Below, one piece after another: positions 37,140 to 46,300 of a DNA stretch of 46,300 nt (position 1 is its first letter; each line of letters opens with the position of its first letter). The stretch is from Bdellovibrionales bacterium RIFOXYD12_FULL_39_22 (lineage in GTDB: Bacteria > Bdellovibrionota > Bacteriovoracia > Bacteriovoracales > Bacteriovoracaceae). The notes under the pieces are model-generated. The model was not told the origin of the DNA. It worked only from the letters and a program-made list of their open reading frames with translations, and ran no database searches. The stretch covers positions 124,001-170,300 of the forward strand of contig MEQL01000035.1 of the NCBI GenBank assembly GCA_001770205.1, read 5' to 3'. The position numbers and the translations under genes were made by a program.

Positions 37140-39719
37140 ATGGGTAAGAAACCAAGCGCGGTGTTATTAAAAAATTATAAAAAACCAGCATACACAATAA
37201 GCGATATATTTTTAACCGTAGAATTGGAAGATACGCGAACTATCGTCACCTCCAAAATGAGTGTAAAGGTTAACGATACTACCGTGACTAAGTTGCCTCC
37301 ACTAGTGCTTGATGGAGATAATTTGCTCTGTCGATCAGTTAGTCGCGATGGGCGCTCGCTAAAAGATGATCAGTTCTCGCTCACCGAAAATTCGCTAGTG
37401 ATTCACGATGTGGCCGCTAGTTTCGAGTTGGAAATTGTAAACGAAATTAATCCTCAGGCCAATAAGGCCCTAGAGGGACTCTATAAGTCCGGTGGAATTT
37501 TTTGCACTCAAAATGAACCGGAAGGATTTCGCCGGATCACTTATTTTATTGATCGGCCAGATGTAATGGCAAAATTTTCTACAAAGATCGTTGCTAATAG
37601 AGAAAAATATCCGGTGTTGTTATCCAATGGGAACCCTTTGGATCATGGACAGATGAGTGATGGACGACATTGGATTTTATGGGAAGATCCTTTTCCAAAA
37701 CCTTGCTATCTTTACGCTTTAGTGGCCGGAGATTTGGGGTTAGTACAAGATACTTTTACTACCAAATCCAATCGCCAGATTGATCTACGCATTTATTGCG
37801 ATAAAGGGAATGAGTATAAGTGTGGCCATGCTATGGCCTCACTGAAAAAATCGATGAAATGGGATGAGGATATTTTTGGGCTAGAGTATGATTTGGATAT
37901 CTACATGATTGTGGCAGTGGATTCTTTCAATATGGGAGCAATGGAAAACAAGGGATTGAACATTTTTAATTCTGCCTGTGTTTTGGCCGACCCGCAAACT
38001 GCCACGGATAGCGATTTTTTAGGTGTAGAATCAGTTATTGCACATGAGTATTTTCACAATTGGACTGGCAATCGAGTTACTTGCCGTGATTGGTTTCAGT
38101 TAACCCTCAAAGAAGGATTGACTGTTTTTCGAGACCAGCAATTTTCTGCGGATATGAATTCTGCAAATGTTAAGCGAATAGAAGATGTTGGTAGGTTGCG
38201 TACCAGACAGTTTCCGGAGGATGCCGGCCCCATGTCACATCCGATTAAGCCGGATTCATATATTGAAATTAATAACTTCTACACTGCCACGATTTATGAG
38301 AAGGGAGCAGAAGTTATTAGAATGATCTATACCCTAATTGGCCATAATAAATTTGTAATGGGAATCAAAAAATACTTTGAGTTATACGATGGCCAGGCAG
38401 TTACTACCGAGGATTTTATTTATGCTATGCAGTTGGCCAGTGGTTTTGATTTTACGCAGTTTGTAAAATGGTATCATCGGGCGGGAACTCCCGAGATTGA
38501 ACTTAAAAGCAAGTTTGATAAAAATAGCAAACAATTTGAAATAGAGATCATTCAAAAAACTAACAGCGAGGCATTGTATTTCCCTTTAAAAACTGCACTT
38601 ATCACTGAACAGGGGAGAGAAATTCTAGAGGAAACATTACACATAAAAGAGTTAAGCAATAAGTTTGTTTTTAAAAACATCGAGGCCCCTCCGCACTTAT
38701 CAATCAATCGCGGATTTTCTGCCCCAATTAAAATTCATGGTAAGCAGAATGTTGAAGAATTAATTTTTTTGATGGCCAACGATCGAGATGGATTTAATCG
38801 CTATGAGGCATCTTTCCAGCTAAGTAAAAGCTTGATTAACGATCTGGTGGTGGAGAAGAGTGCTGCCAAATGGAAAAGTGATGAACGTTATTTGTCCGCT
38901 TTTGGACAATTACTTGCAGATCGCTCTATTGATGATTTATTTAAGGCCAAATGTCTTAATACGCCAACAATGGATAATATCTTTCAAGATCAGGCGGTAA
39001 TAGATTTCGATGCAACTTATTTGGCCCGTGAGTTTATGATAGGAAGTATTGCTAAAAAATTTAAAAATGAATTTTTGGAATTATATAAGAACAATAATGA
39101 GGCGGGTGATTACGCCTTAACACCGAAAGCAATAGGGCGAAGAGAGTTAAAAAATATTGCGCTGGCCTATCTTTGTGCTAGCAGGGAAGAGTCGTGTTAC
39201 GAGTTGGCCTACGAGCAATTTAAAAATGCTGGAAATATGACTGATTCACTAATGTCATTTAAGTTGTTGGTGGATTATCCGACCAAGTATAGTGAGAGCG
39301 CTATTGCCGATTTTTATGAAAAGTGGAAAAAAGAGACTTTGGTTATACAAAAGTGGTTGGCAGCACAGGCCACTTCGCCGCAGGATAATGTCTACGATAA
39401 AGTGGTGGCCCTGGGGAATAGTGAAGTATATTCAGATGCCGTTCCCAACTTAGTGCGCTCACTTTATGGAAGCTTTAGTACTAATCATTTGCACTTTAAT
39501 CATAAATCAGGCCGAGGTTATACTCTTTTGGCAGAGAAGATAATTGAGCTTGATCGCATCAATCCTCAAATTGCCTCTAGCTTGGCCACCAAGTTCAATT
39601 ACTTCAAGCGATTGCGGCCAGAAAATCAGAAGGCAATGCTCAACCAATTGCAGAAGATCGTTGGGGTCAGCAATATTTCCAAAAATGTTTATGAAATAGT
39701 TTCTAAAATTTTGCGTTAG
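37140..39719 (+). CDS. pepN: Aminopeptidase N (M1)
   Basis: GAMENKG, HEYFH...LKEG zinc motif, NNFYTATIYEKGAEV; AGGAG RBS before ATG 37140. Confidence 0.96.
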   Translation: MGKKPSAVLLKNYKKPAYTISDIFLTVELEDTRTIVTSKMSVKVNDTTVTKLPPLVLDGDNLLCRSVSRDGRSLKDDQFSLTENSLVIHDVAASFELEIVNEINPQANKALEGLYKSGGIFCTQNEPEGFRRITYFIDRPDVMAKFSTKIVANREKYPVLLSNGNPLDHGQMSDGRHWILWEDPFPKPCYLYALVAGDLGLVQDTFTTKSNRQIDLRIYCDKGNEYKCGHAMASLKKSMKWDEDIFGLEYDLDIYMIVAVDSFNMGAMENKGLNIFNSACVLADPQTATDSDFLGVESVIAHEYFHNWTGNRVTCRDWFQLTLKEGLTVFRDQQFSADMNSANVKRIEDVGRLRTRQFPEDAGPMSHPIKPDSYIEINNFYTATIYEKGAEVIRMIYTLIGHNKFVMGIKKYFELYDGQAVTTEDFIYAMQLASGFDFTQFVKWYHRAGTPEIELKSKFDKNSKQFEIEIIQKTNSEALYFPLKTALITEQGREILEETLHIKELSNKFVFKNIEAPPHLSINRGFSAPIKIHGKQNVEELIFLMANDRDGFNRYEASFQLSKSLINDLVVEKSAAKWKSDERYLSAFGQLLADRSIDDLFKAKCLNTPTMDNIFQDQAVIDFDATYLAREFMIGSIAKKFKNEFLELYKNNNEAGDYALTPKAIGRRELKNIALAYLCASREESCYELAYEQFKNAGNMTDSLMSFKLLVDYPTKYSESAIADFYEKWKKETLVIQKWLAAQATSPQDNVYDKVVALGNSEVYSDAVPNLVRSLYGSFSTNHLHFNHKSGRGYTLLAEKIIELDRINPQIASSLATKFNYFKRLRPENQKAMLNQLQKIVGVSNISKNVYEIVSKILR

Positions 39720-40132
39720 ATAGAACGATATGGCCGTTGCATGGTAAGTGACGAGTTATCCTGGCCATCACTTTGCAAGAATCTAGTTATGCCTTCGGCG
39801 ATGTCACTTGGAAGTTCTGGCGTTGCCTGGATTATTTGCAGCGCTAGTGGAATAATTTTTTCTCGACTATGTGAGGAAGGTGCAACCAGCGATGAGCGAT
39901 TGATCAAATCAGGAGTTTCTGCGTTATCGTTGCTAATTATTTCCCCAATTGTTAAATTGTCCTTTATTCCTCCTAAAATGATATTGGTACCGTAAGAAAT
40001 TTCGAAATGGATAATCTTATGTCCCATTACTTCAACGTAGAGATCGGCAGAAGAAGAATTAAACCAAAGAGGTGTACCAACACTGTTTTTTATATTAAGA
40101 GATTTTGGATTTACTTTTTTTAATTGTTCCAT
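39716..40132 (-). CDS. Hypothetical protein
   Basis: 138 aa ORF co-oriented with the upstream genes; no motif recognised. Confidence 0.6.
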   Translation of the reverse strand: MEQLKKVNPKSLNIKNSVGTPLWFNSSSADLYVEVMGHKIIHFEISYGTNIILGGIKDNLTIGEIISNDNAETPDLINRSSLVAPSSHSREKIIPLALQIIQATPELPSDIAEGITRFLQSDGQDNSSLTMQRPYRSI

Positions 40133-40162
40133 TTTTCGCCCCTGGCCAGCTGTATATATGTG

Positions 40163-40555
40163 TTAGTTCCAATGCATAATAATGAAAGCAAAAATAATAT
40201 GTGTGGTGTGATGGATCGCTTGATCAACTCCTAAAATATTCCAAAATATTGAAGTGGATGGATCATTGAATTTTCCTAAATATCTGGGCCCAACCTTTAT
40301 GCGATCAATAATAAAGTGAGTAATAAAATCTAAGATGGCCAACCACCAAAGAGAGCGATTATATAAGAGCGTTAGAAAGAAAGTACCGGCCGCGTGGGTG
40401 AGAGAGTGAACTCCAAGAGAGGTCAAGAAGTCCCAATTGGCCGAGGCCTTTTGAATGGCAATTTTTTTTGGCTGCAGCAGATAATCGCAGAGGAGATGTT
40501 TAATTTGAAAAAGGAAAAAGAGAAAATATATAGCAAAATCTGGTTGTTCTGACAT
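40163..40555 (-). CDS. DUF3307 family membrane protein
   Basis: KHLLCDYLLQ, HSLTH, THFIIDRIK and GVDQAIH His/Asp pattern. Confidence 0.85.
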   Translation of the reverse strand: MSEQPDFAIYFLFFLFQIKHLLCDYLLQPKKIAIQKASANWDFLTSLGVHSLTHAAGTFFLTLLYNRSLWWLAILDFITHFIIDRIKVGPRYLGKFNDPSTSIFWNILGVDQAIHHTTHIIFAFIIMHWN

Positions 40556-40572
40556 AATCCACTCTCCTCTTG

Positions 40573-42825
40573 CTATTTAGATGTTAGATTATAAACTCCA
40601 TCCCAATTAGCTGGGGGAGGCGTTTTTTTAAATTCTTCACAGCGCTCTATGTAGATGGAAGAAGGATTTGCCTTGTCAATTAGCTCCGGTTCGCGTTTGT
40701 GCTCGATCTCTAACGTTTTTTGGAAAATCTCGATGGCCCTATCCCAATCCATTTTTTTGTATAGATCAATTCCTTGCTTAAACAGATGTTTCAACTCCAT
40801 TAGCATCGCTGGGGTTTGGCCAGCTTCTCCTAATAATTCATATGTCGTGATCGGTTCTGTTTTTCCTACAACTCGAATAGTATCGAGTTCGCGCATATCA
40901 AAGGCCGCACTGGTTATCTGTTGAGTGTAATGAGCGACCTGAATAAAGATACCGTATTGTTTAGCAGAAGACTCTAGACGAGCGGCCAGATTTACGGAGT
41001 CTCCCATCATAGTATAATTCATTCGACTGGCCGATCCCATATTCCCAGTTACAATCTCACCAGAATTAATACCTATGCGCATGCGCATATTATGAACAAT
41101 TGTTGGCCATTTATCACCTTCGGAGCGCCACTTTTGTCGCAACTCTTTAAGGGCAATTTGCATTTTCAATGCAACTCTCAGTGCGCGATGAGCATGGTCT
41201 TCGAGTGGAAGGGGAGCACCAAAGAAAGCGATGATTGCGTCTCCTTCGTATTTATCCAAAGTTCCACCTTCCGCAAGAAGTATATCCGTCATGCGAGTTA
41301 GATACTCGTTTAAGAGTTCAACCAGTTTAGTGGCGGATAATTTTTCTGAAAAAGAAGAGAAACCTTGAATGTCTGTAAAGTAGGCAGTACGAATGCCAAC
41401 ATCTCCTCCCAACTTGGGAGGCTCACCTGTTTTGTACATTCGATCAATAAGTTCCGGAGAAATATAGTTTCCGAAAGCGCTTTTTAAGAATCGTTTATCT
41501 TTGTTGGCAGAGTAGAAATTCAAAAAAGTAGTCCAGGAGTAGCAAGCAACGATAGAGAAAAGACAGAACGCCAGTTTGATTTCATAACCGCCGGGAGTTA
41601 GTTGATTAATATCATACAGGTATAATCCTATGGAGATGCCGGCCACGCAAAGGAGATCAACAATTGCATGTCCCCAGAGTTGAATGAGGATCATTAGGCC
41701 GGTACCGACTAATAAGATTAGCCAGGATAATTTTGTTGATTCATCTTTGCTTTTAAAAAAATGGCCATCTAATAACATATTAGTGATGTTCATATGGAAA
41801 TAGACTCCTGGTAGCATGGGCGCAACAGGTGAGTGGCGCAAATCGCTAAGGCCGAAGGCGGTAGCACCCACAAACACGATATTGCCGGCCAGTAGTGTTC
41901 GCATTTTATGATCATTGTCGGGAGCGGCCAAAATATCTGCAACCGCTACATCTGGAAAATTTGTCTCGGCACCAAGCCAGCGCACTTTCGTTTCGCCATG
42001 AGTGTTCACATTCATATTTCCAGAGGCCAATTGTAAAGTGGCATCACCTCGCATTAAGAGGTTTAACTTTGGCTTGTCTCCAGAGTAGTACTGATATGCT
42101 AGCAGCGCAAAAGCAGGAAAGTAGAGTTCGTCTATATTGGCAACTAGCTTATAGTGGCGAAAGATACCGTCTAAATCGGTATTGGCCTGAATATGCCCGA
42201 GGCCTACATCGGCATCAATTAATGCGCTGACTGGATAAACTGTTTTGGCAACATAGTCTCTATTTAAATTTATATCGGCGTCTTGTTTGGTATCCATTAC
42301 AAAGTTATACATGGCCTCGGGAGTTTCCGAGAAGGTTTCGTTATCGTCGCTATAGGTCTGGGTGGAATAGGAAAGAAGTATTTTGTTTCCTTCGATAGCT
42401 TGAAATTCTGAGATGGCCGCCGCCAGATCAAGATCTGGTGATACGGCATTACACACTTTTTCTTCTTCGGAAAAGAAAACGTCAAAGGCAATAATTTTGG
42501 CCCCAAAACTATTCATTTTGCGAATGAATTTACTCCAAACTGTTCTGGTCCATGGCCAGCGGCCGATTGATTTAATAGAGGCATCATCCATCTTGGCCAG
42601 AATAATACGCTTGTCGACTTTTTTTGGATCGAGTTTTTGTCTCATGCGATAATCGTAAAATCTATCCTCAAAAGTAGAAGGGAGTGAAACAATGGCCTTT
42701 AGGATTGGACGATCATTTAAATTTTCAATGGGAAGATCTCGCTGTTGAATGGCAATTAAAATACATAGTGCACTAAAAGAGATGATAAGAAAAATTCCCA
42801 AAATGTGAATTATGCGACCAATCAT
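40573..42825 (-). CDS. CHASE2-domain class III adenylate cyclase
   Basis: GRWPWTR, AFDVFF, DLDGIFR and PGVYFH (CHASE2); three TM; FTDIQGFS, DKYEGD, GDSVNLAARLE; TPR-like tail. Confidence 0.92.
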   Translation of the reverse strand: MIGRIIHILGIFLIISFSALCILIAIQQRDLPIENLNDRPILKAIVSLPSTFEDRFYDYRMRQKLDPKKVDKRIILAKMDDASIKSIGRWPWTRTVWSKFIRKMNSFGAKIIAFDVFFSEEEKVCNAVSPDLDLAAAISEFQAIEGNKILLSYSTQTYSDDNETFSETPEAMYNFVMDTKQDADINLNRDYVAKTVYPVSALIDADVGLGHIQANTDLDGIFRHYKLVANIDELYFPAFALLAYQYYSGDKPKLNLLMRGDATLQLASGNMNVNTHGETKVRWLGAETNFPDVAVADILAAPDNDHKMRTLLAGNIVFVGATAFGLSDLRHSPVAPMLPGVYFHMNITNMLLDGHFFKSKDESTKLSWLILLVGTGLMILIQLWGHAIVDLLCVAGISIGLYLYDINQLTPGGYEIKLAFCLFSIVACYSWTTFLNFYSANKDKRFLKSAFGNYISPELIDRMYKTGEPPKLGGDVGIRTAYFTDIQGFSSFSEKLSATKLVELLNEYLTRMTDILLAEGGTLDKYEGDAIIAFFGAPLPLEDHAHRALRVALKMQIALKELRQKWRSEGDKWPTIVHNMRMRIGINSGEIVTGNMGSASRMNYTMMGDSVNLAARLESSAKQYGIFIQVAHYTQQITSAAFDMRELDTIRVVGKTEPITTYELLGEAGQTPAMLMELKHLFKQGIDLYKKMDWDRAIEIFQKTLEIEHKREPELIDKANPSSIYIERCEEFKKTPPPANWDGVYNLTSK

Positions 42826-42944
42826 AGTCCTACTACTCCGCCCAGGGTTTATAATTATTTATAAGCTTCATCTAGATTGTAATCGTTGATTTAATTTTGG
42901 TAAAGCGGAAGGGAATTCCCTAGTTTTGTAGTTTGGTATTAGGG

Positions 42945-44147
42945 TCAGAAACCTGTAGGCGTTTCGTTATTACTATCCCAAAATGGAGAAATTTTACGTA
43001 GTGATTTGACAATGTTTGGGAGCACCTGCATAACTTTTTGTAAATCATTTTCGCTATTATATCTACCGAAGGAAAAACGAATTGAGCCATGGGCAAAAGA
43101 AAAAGGCACTTTCATTGCCTGCAATACATGAGAGGGTGCCAAGGAGCCTGAGGAGCAGGCAGAGCCTGTGGAGGCACAGATATTGTGTTCATTTAAAGCG
43201 TAAATAATACTTTCGCCTTCAATACCTTGGAAGCTAACATTGGTAGTGGAGCTAAGTCGTTTATTTCCGCTCCCATTTATTTTGATGGCCTTGATCTGCT
43301 CTTTTAAGAAAATTTCCAGGCGATCACGCATGTCCTGAATTTGATTTTCTGTTTGAAGATGTTCTTGCGCCAATTTGCAGGCCTGTGCCAGGCCAATGAT
43401 GTAGGGGACATTTTCAGTTCCTGCTCGTTTTCCATGCTCTTGATGGCCACCAATCATCGATGGGCGCCAACGAGTACCGGCCTTGCAATAGAGAACTCCA
43501 ATTCCCTTAGGAGCATGAAGTTTATGGCCGGAAAAAGAGAGCAGGTCAATATATGGGAAATTGGCCTTTAGGTTTATGGTCAGTTTTCCGGCAGTTTGTG
43601 TGGCATCAGTGTGAAAGATAATTTGATTATCGGTTAATTTTACTATGCGAGAGATCTGTTCAATAGGAAAAATTACACCTGTTTCATTGTTGGCATGCAT
43701 GATGGAAACTATGGCAGTGTCTGGGCGAATGGCATTGATCAGTTCTTTAATATCTAATTCGCCATTTTCATTCACCGCCAGATAGGTGACACTATATCCA
43801 AAGCGTTCAAGATCTTTGCATAGTTCGAAGATGGCCGGATGTTCAACGGAGGTGGTGATAATATGTTTGCGTGAAGGGTTGGCCTGTAGTACTCCGCGGA
43901 TGGCCGAGTTATTACTTTCGGTGGCAGAGCCGGTAAAAATAATTTCATTGTCTTTATTGGCGCCCAGAAATGAGGCAATTTGTGCCCGTGCTGTTTCAAT
44001 AGCGTAGCGAGAAGTTTGTGCTTGAGGATAGAGAGAGCTTGGGTTGAAAAAATAGTCGGTAAAAAAAGGTTGCATGGCCGTCACTACGGTTGGATCAATT
44101 TTGGTAGTGGCATTATTATCTAGATAAATAGTTTCGTTTAAATTCAT
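42945..44147 (-). CDS. nifS: Cysteine desulfurase NifS/IscS type
   Basis: YLDNNATT, MHANNETG, SGHKLHAPKG, STGSACSSG (catalytic Cys). Confidence 0.92.
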   Translation of the reverse strand: MNLNETIYLDNNATTKIDPTVVTAMQPFFTDYFFNPSSLYPQAQTSRYAIETARAQIASFLGANKDNEIIFTGSATESNNSAIRGVLQANPSRKHIITTSVEHPAIFELCKDLERFGYSVTYLAVNENGELDIKELINAIRPDTAIVSIMHANNETGVIFPIEQISRIVKLTDNQIIFHTDATQTAGKLTINLKANFPYIDLLSFSGHKLHAPKGIGVLYCKAGTRWRPSMIGGHQEHGKRAGTENVPYIIGLAQACKLAQEHLQTENQIQDMRDRLEIFLKEQIKAIKINGSGNKRLSSTTNVSFQGIEGESIIYALNEHNICASTGSACSSGSLAPSHVLQAMKVPFSFAHGSIRFSFGRYNSENDLQKVMQVLPNIVKSLRKISPFWDSNNETPTGF

Positions 44148-44184
44148 ATTTTCCTCAAAAAGAGAGTTGCAACTGATGCAACGA

Positions 44185-45117
44185 TTAAATATCTATAACC
44201 TTGATGGTATTATCCACTAAATCTTGTAACTGTTTTTCTACGCTGTTTTTGAGGGTAAATTGTGCCCCCAGACAGGAACTACAAGCGCCAGTAAGAGTGC
44301 AGTATACCGTCTTATCTTTAATTTTTATAATTTCAATATCACCACCGTGACTTTGTAAGGCCGGGCGAACGGTATTGGCAATTACTCTTTCAATCTGTTC
44401 ATTTAAATTACAGTGAGTCGTGTTGCTATCAGCGCAGTGATAGGGTGCCTCGCTATCGGCATCTTTGCCATTAATTTCTCGTAACAGATCGCGAATTCCT
44501 CCCGGGGCGTCGATACAGCTACCACACCCGCCTCCGGCCTTAGTAGCATTAACGACATCTTCTACTGTGCGCAACTTCATCTCCTTAATTTTTTTCTTTA
44601 AAAAAAGGTCAGAGTGATGAAAGCAGCGACAGACTAAACGGCCTTCTTCTTCCTCTTTTTGTAAATCTCCGTGTCCAGTGGCCTTGGGAAGATTAACGTT
44701 GCGTTTTTTTGCCCAATCAGAGACGGCCGCCCCCAGCGCTTCAGCACCCATTACTGAGCAGTGGATTTTTTGTTCAGGTAATCCACCAAGGTAATCTACA
44801 ATATCTTGATTGGTAATTTTTAGCGCTTCGATAGGAGTTAAATTTTTTGCTTCAATCATCGCACATAATGCCTCAGAAGATGCAATGGCCGAAGTGCAGC
44901 CAAAGGTTTGATATTTTACTGCACTGATTCGATCTTGTAGGGGGTCGCTACTGTGTTTATTGATTTTTAAAAATATTTTCATGGCATCACCGCAGACGAT
45001 GGAGCCATCTTCGCCAATTGCGTCTGGATTTTCCATAACGCCAAGATGCGTCCCGGCCTTATTAGAAAGGGCATCAATGAAAAGTTGTTTTGTTTTATCA
45101 GTATATTCCCAGGCCAT
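44185..45117 (-). CDS. nifU: Three-domain Fe-S scaffold NifU
   Basis: IscU-like N-domain (IVCGD, FGC, KIHCS), BFD-like [2Fe-2S] domain (CRC, GGGCGSC), Nfu domain (RPALQSHGGD, GACSSC). Confidence 0.92.
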   Translation of the reverse strand: MAWEYTDKTKQLFIDALSNKAGTHLGVMENPDAIGEDGSIVCGDAMKIFLKINKHSSDPLQDRISAVKYQTFGCTSAIASSEALCAMIEAKNLTPIEALKITNQDIVDYLGGLPEQKIHCSVMGAEALGAAVSDWAKKRNVNLPKATGHGDLQKEEEEGRLVCRCFHHSDLFLKKKIKEMKLRTVEDVVNATKAGGGCGSCIDAPGGIRDLLREINGKDADSEAPYHCADSNTTHCNLNEQIERVIANTVRPALQSHGGDIEIIKIKDKTVYCTLTGACSSCLGAQFTLKNSVEKQLQDLVDNTIKVIDI

Positions 45118-45149
45118 ATCATTTTCTCCTTAAGTAATTTATAATTATG

Positions 45150-45560
45150 TTATTGCAAATCTCCGGAGAGAAGTTCCTGTAATGATATTTTATCTAGATA
45201 TTTGGTCAGCTTGTTATTGAGGGCCTGAATCGGGCCTACGATATTGCAGCATTTTTTGCGCTGGCAGTGTGATTTGCCATCACACGCAATAGTGGAAGAT
45301 TTTCCTTCTATAATCTTTGTTAGTTTAATGTAGCTAATCTGAGATAGATCTAGAGATATTGCATAACCACCTTTTACTCCTTGGATGGAGTTTAAAATCC
45401 CATGGTTATTCATGGATTGCATAACTTTGGCGGTGGTATCAAAAGGTGTATTGAATTTTTGGCAAATTTCACGGGCAGTAGTCAAATCGCCACTTTTTTT
45501 GCCAGACATAAATTGTAGCGCAATTAGAGCATATTCAACTTTCTTATTAATTTTAAGCAT
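45150..45560 (-). CDS. Rrf2 family transcriptional regulator (IscR-like)
   Basis: KVEYALIAL, SIQGVKGGY, C-terminal Cys cluster CDGKSHCQRKKCC; ATG at 45560; directly upstream of nifU-nifS. Confidence 0.88.
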   Translation of the reverse strand: MLKINKKVEYALIALQFMSGKKSGDLTTAREICQKFNTPFDTTAKVMQSMNNHGILNSIQGVKGGYAISLDLSQISYIKLTKIIEGKSSTIACDGKSHCQRKKCCNIVGPIQALNNKLTKYLDKISLQELLSGDLQ

Positions 45561-45583
45561 AATGGGAATTGTATAGTCCAATT

Positions 45584-45602
45584 TAGGTTAAAAATAAACC
45601 TA
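45584..45602. promoter_or_regulatory. Palindrome upstream of the Rrf2 gene; possible autoregulatory operator
   Basis: TAGGTT-AAAAATA-AACCTA about 25-40 nt upstream of the start codon. Confidence 0.3.
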
Positions 45603-45693
45603 TTTTTGTGCGACAAGGTAAATTATAGCTAATGGGGGGGGGCAATAGAGATTGTTGCTGGTGCAAACAAGCAGAGGTTATTTTAACTGTCTT

Positions 45694-46260
45694 TCAAATT
45701 TTGTTACTTTTAGTCCTGGTAAAATGAAGTGTTTTGCGAGAAGATTTTCTGGTGACATGGTCATCCTCCTTTCTCCTTCCTCCTTCTTTTGTTTTTCGAT
45801 TCCCTTGCAAGCTATACTCTAAGTCTCGCAATAAAGTTGCCACGGTTTGTGGACAAACATCTAGACCTTCTTCTTGTAACAGCTGTGCAATATTTCTAAC
45901 GCTCTTACATGTCCATCGCAATGTTGTCTTGGGATCACCTCTTGTTTCTGGCTCAATTAGTTGCGGTAATATTTTTATTAAATGCGGATTGTGATCCGTT
46001 GCCTTTTTGCGGCTTCCCCCTGCTTTCCTTATTCGATTTGATTGTTTACGCTTTTTATTTTTTAATTCTTGTATATCCCGTCTTATTGTTGGAGGAGTCA
46101 ATCCAGTGATCTCGAAAAGTATCGTGATTCCACCATATCCAATGGCACGAGCTTCTGCTCCAACAACTAATCTTTTTTGTCGTTAATTTAGTTCGGGAAG
46201 TAATCCTGATAATTTGATTTTTATCTTTTCCTTCGAAAGATCAATGTTTATTTTTACCAA
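45694..46260 (-). pseudogene. ISAzo13-family transposase remnant (nonsense mutation and C-terminal truncation)
   Basis: Reads LPELN*RQKRLVVGAEARAIGYGGI..TIRR..RIRKAGGSRK..TRGDP..LRWTCKS..YSLQGNRKTKEG. In-frame TAA at 46185-46183; the DDE domain is absent after KTKEG. Confidence 0.85.
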
Positions 46261-46300
46261 TTTTTCTACCAAACTTTTAAACTTTTTGTACTCCAAAACC

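Noticed and set aside
1..46300. CRISPR arrays, tRNA/rRNA genes, prophage genes; other short overlapping ORFs in the track
   Set aside because: No regularly spaced repeats, tRNA/rRNA signatures or phage hallmark proteins were seen. The remaining short ORFs lie inside longer, motif-supported genes.

Overview
AT-rich bacterial chromosomal window, probably from a Bdellovibrionota (Bacteriovorax/Halobacteriovorax-like) organism. That placement is inferred from a TIGR02147-type regulator, a GNGG-motif secreted protein and a serine palmitoyltransferase. The most notable region is a tightly coupled lipid-biosynthesis operon (about 2.06-11.08 kb). It encodes a Cys-rich membrane protein, a homolog of the archaeal tetraether lipid synthase (Tes/GDGT-MAS, MJ0619 family), and a B12-dependent radical SAM enzyme fused to an HxxxDG acyltransferase domain. 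It also carries a dedicated type II FAS/PKS set: an active FabG, a catalytically dead FabG, FabZ, a Cys-less KS partner, FabF and an extended ACP. An MMPL exporter gene ends at the window start. After the operon, an AAA+/DUF4143 ATPase gene lies between ~46 bp direct repeats that duplicate the ACP 3' end and has an 18 bp inverted-repeat operator candidate. Next come a truncated aquaporin, lipoprotein/LRR accessory genes, srkA-cvfB, an orphan motAB and two tandem ~870 aa secreted paralogs. These are followed by a ferredoxin missed by the ORF track, a nitroreductase-pgi-yciO-lepB-CDP-alcohol transferase-mtgA run, and an spt plus candidate ceramide reductase pair. The window ends with pepN, a CHASE2 adenylate cyclase, an Rrf2-nifU-nifS Fe-S operon and a decayed ISAzo13 transposase. 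GGCC appears strongly over-represented in native genes. No rRNA, tRNA or CRISPR array was seen. All family calls come from motif recognition by eye, not database searches.
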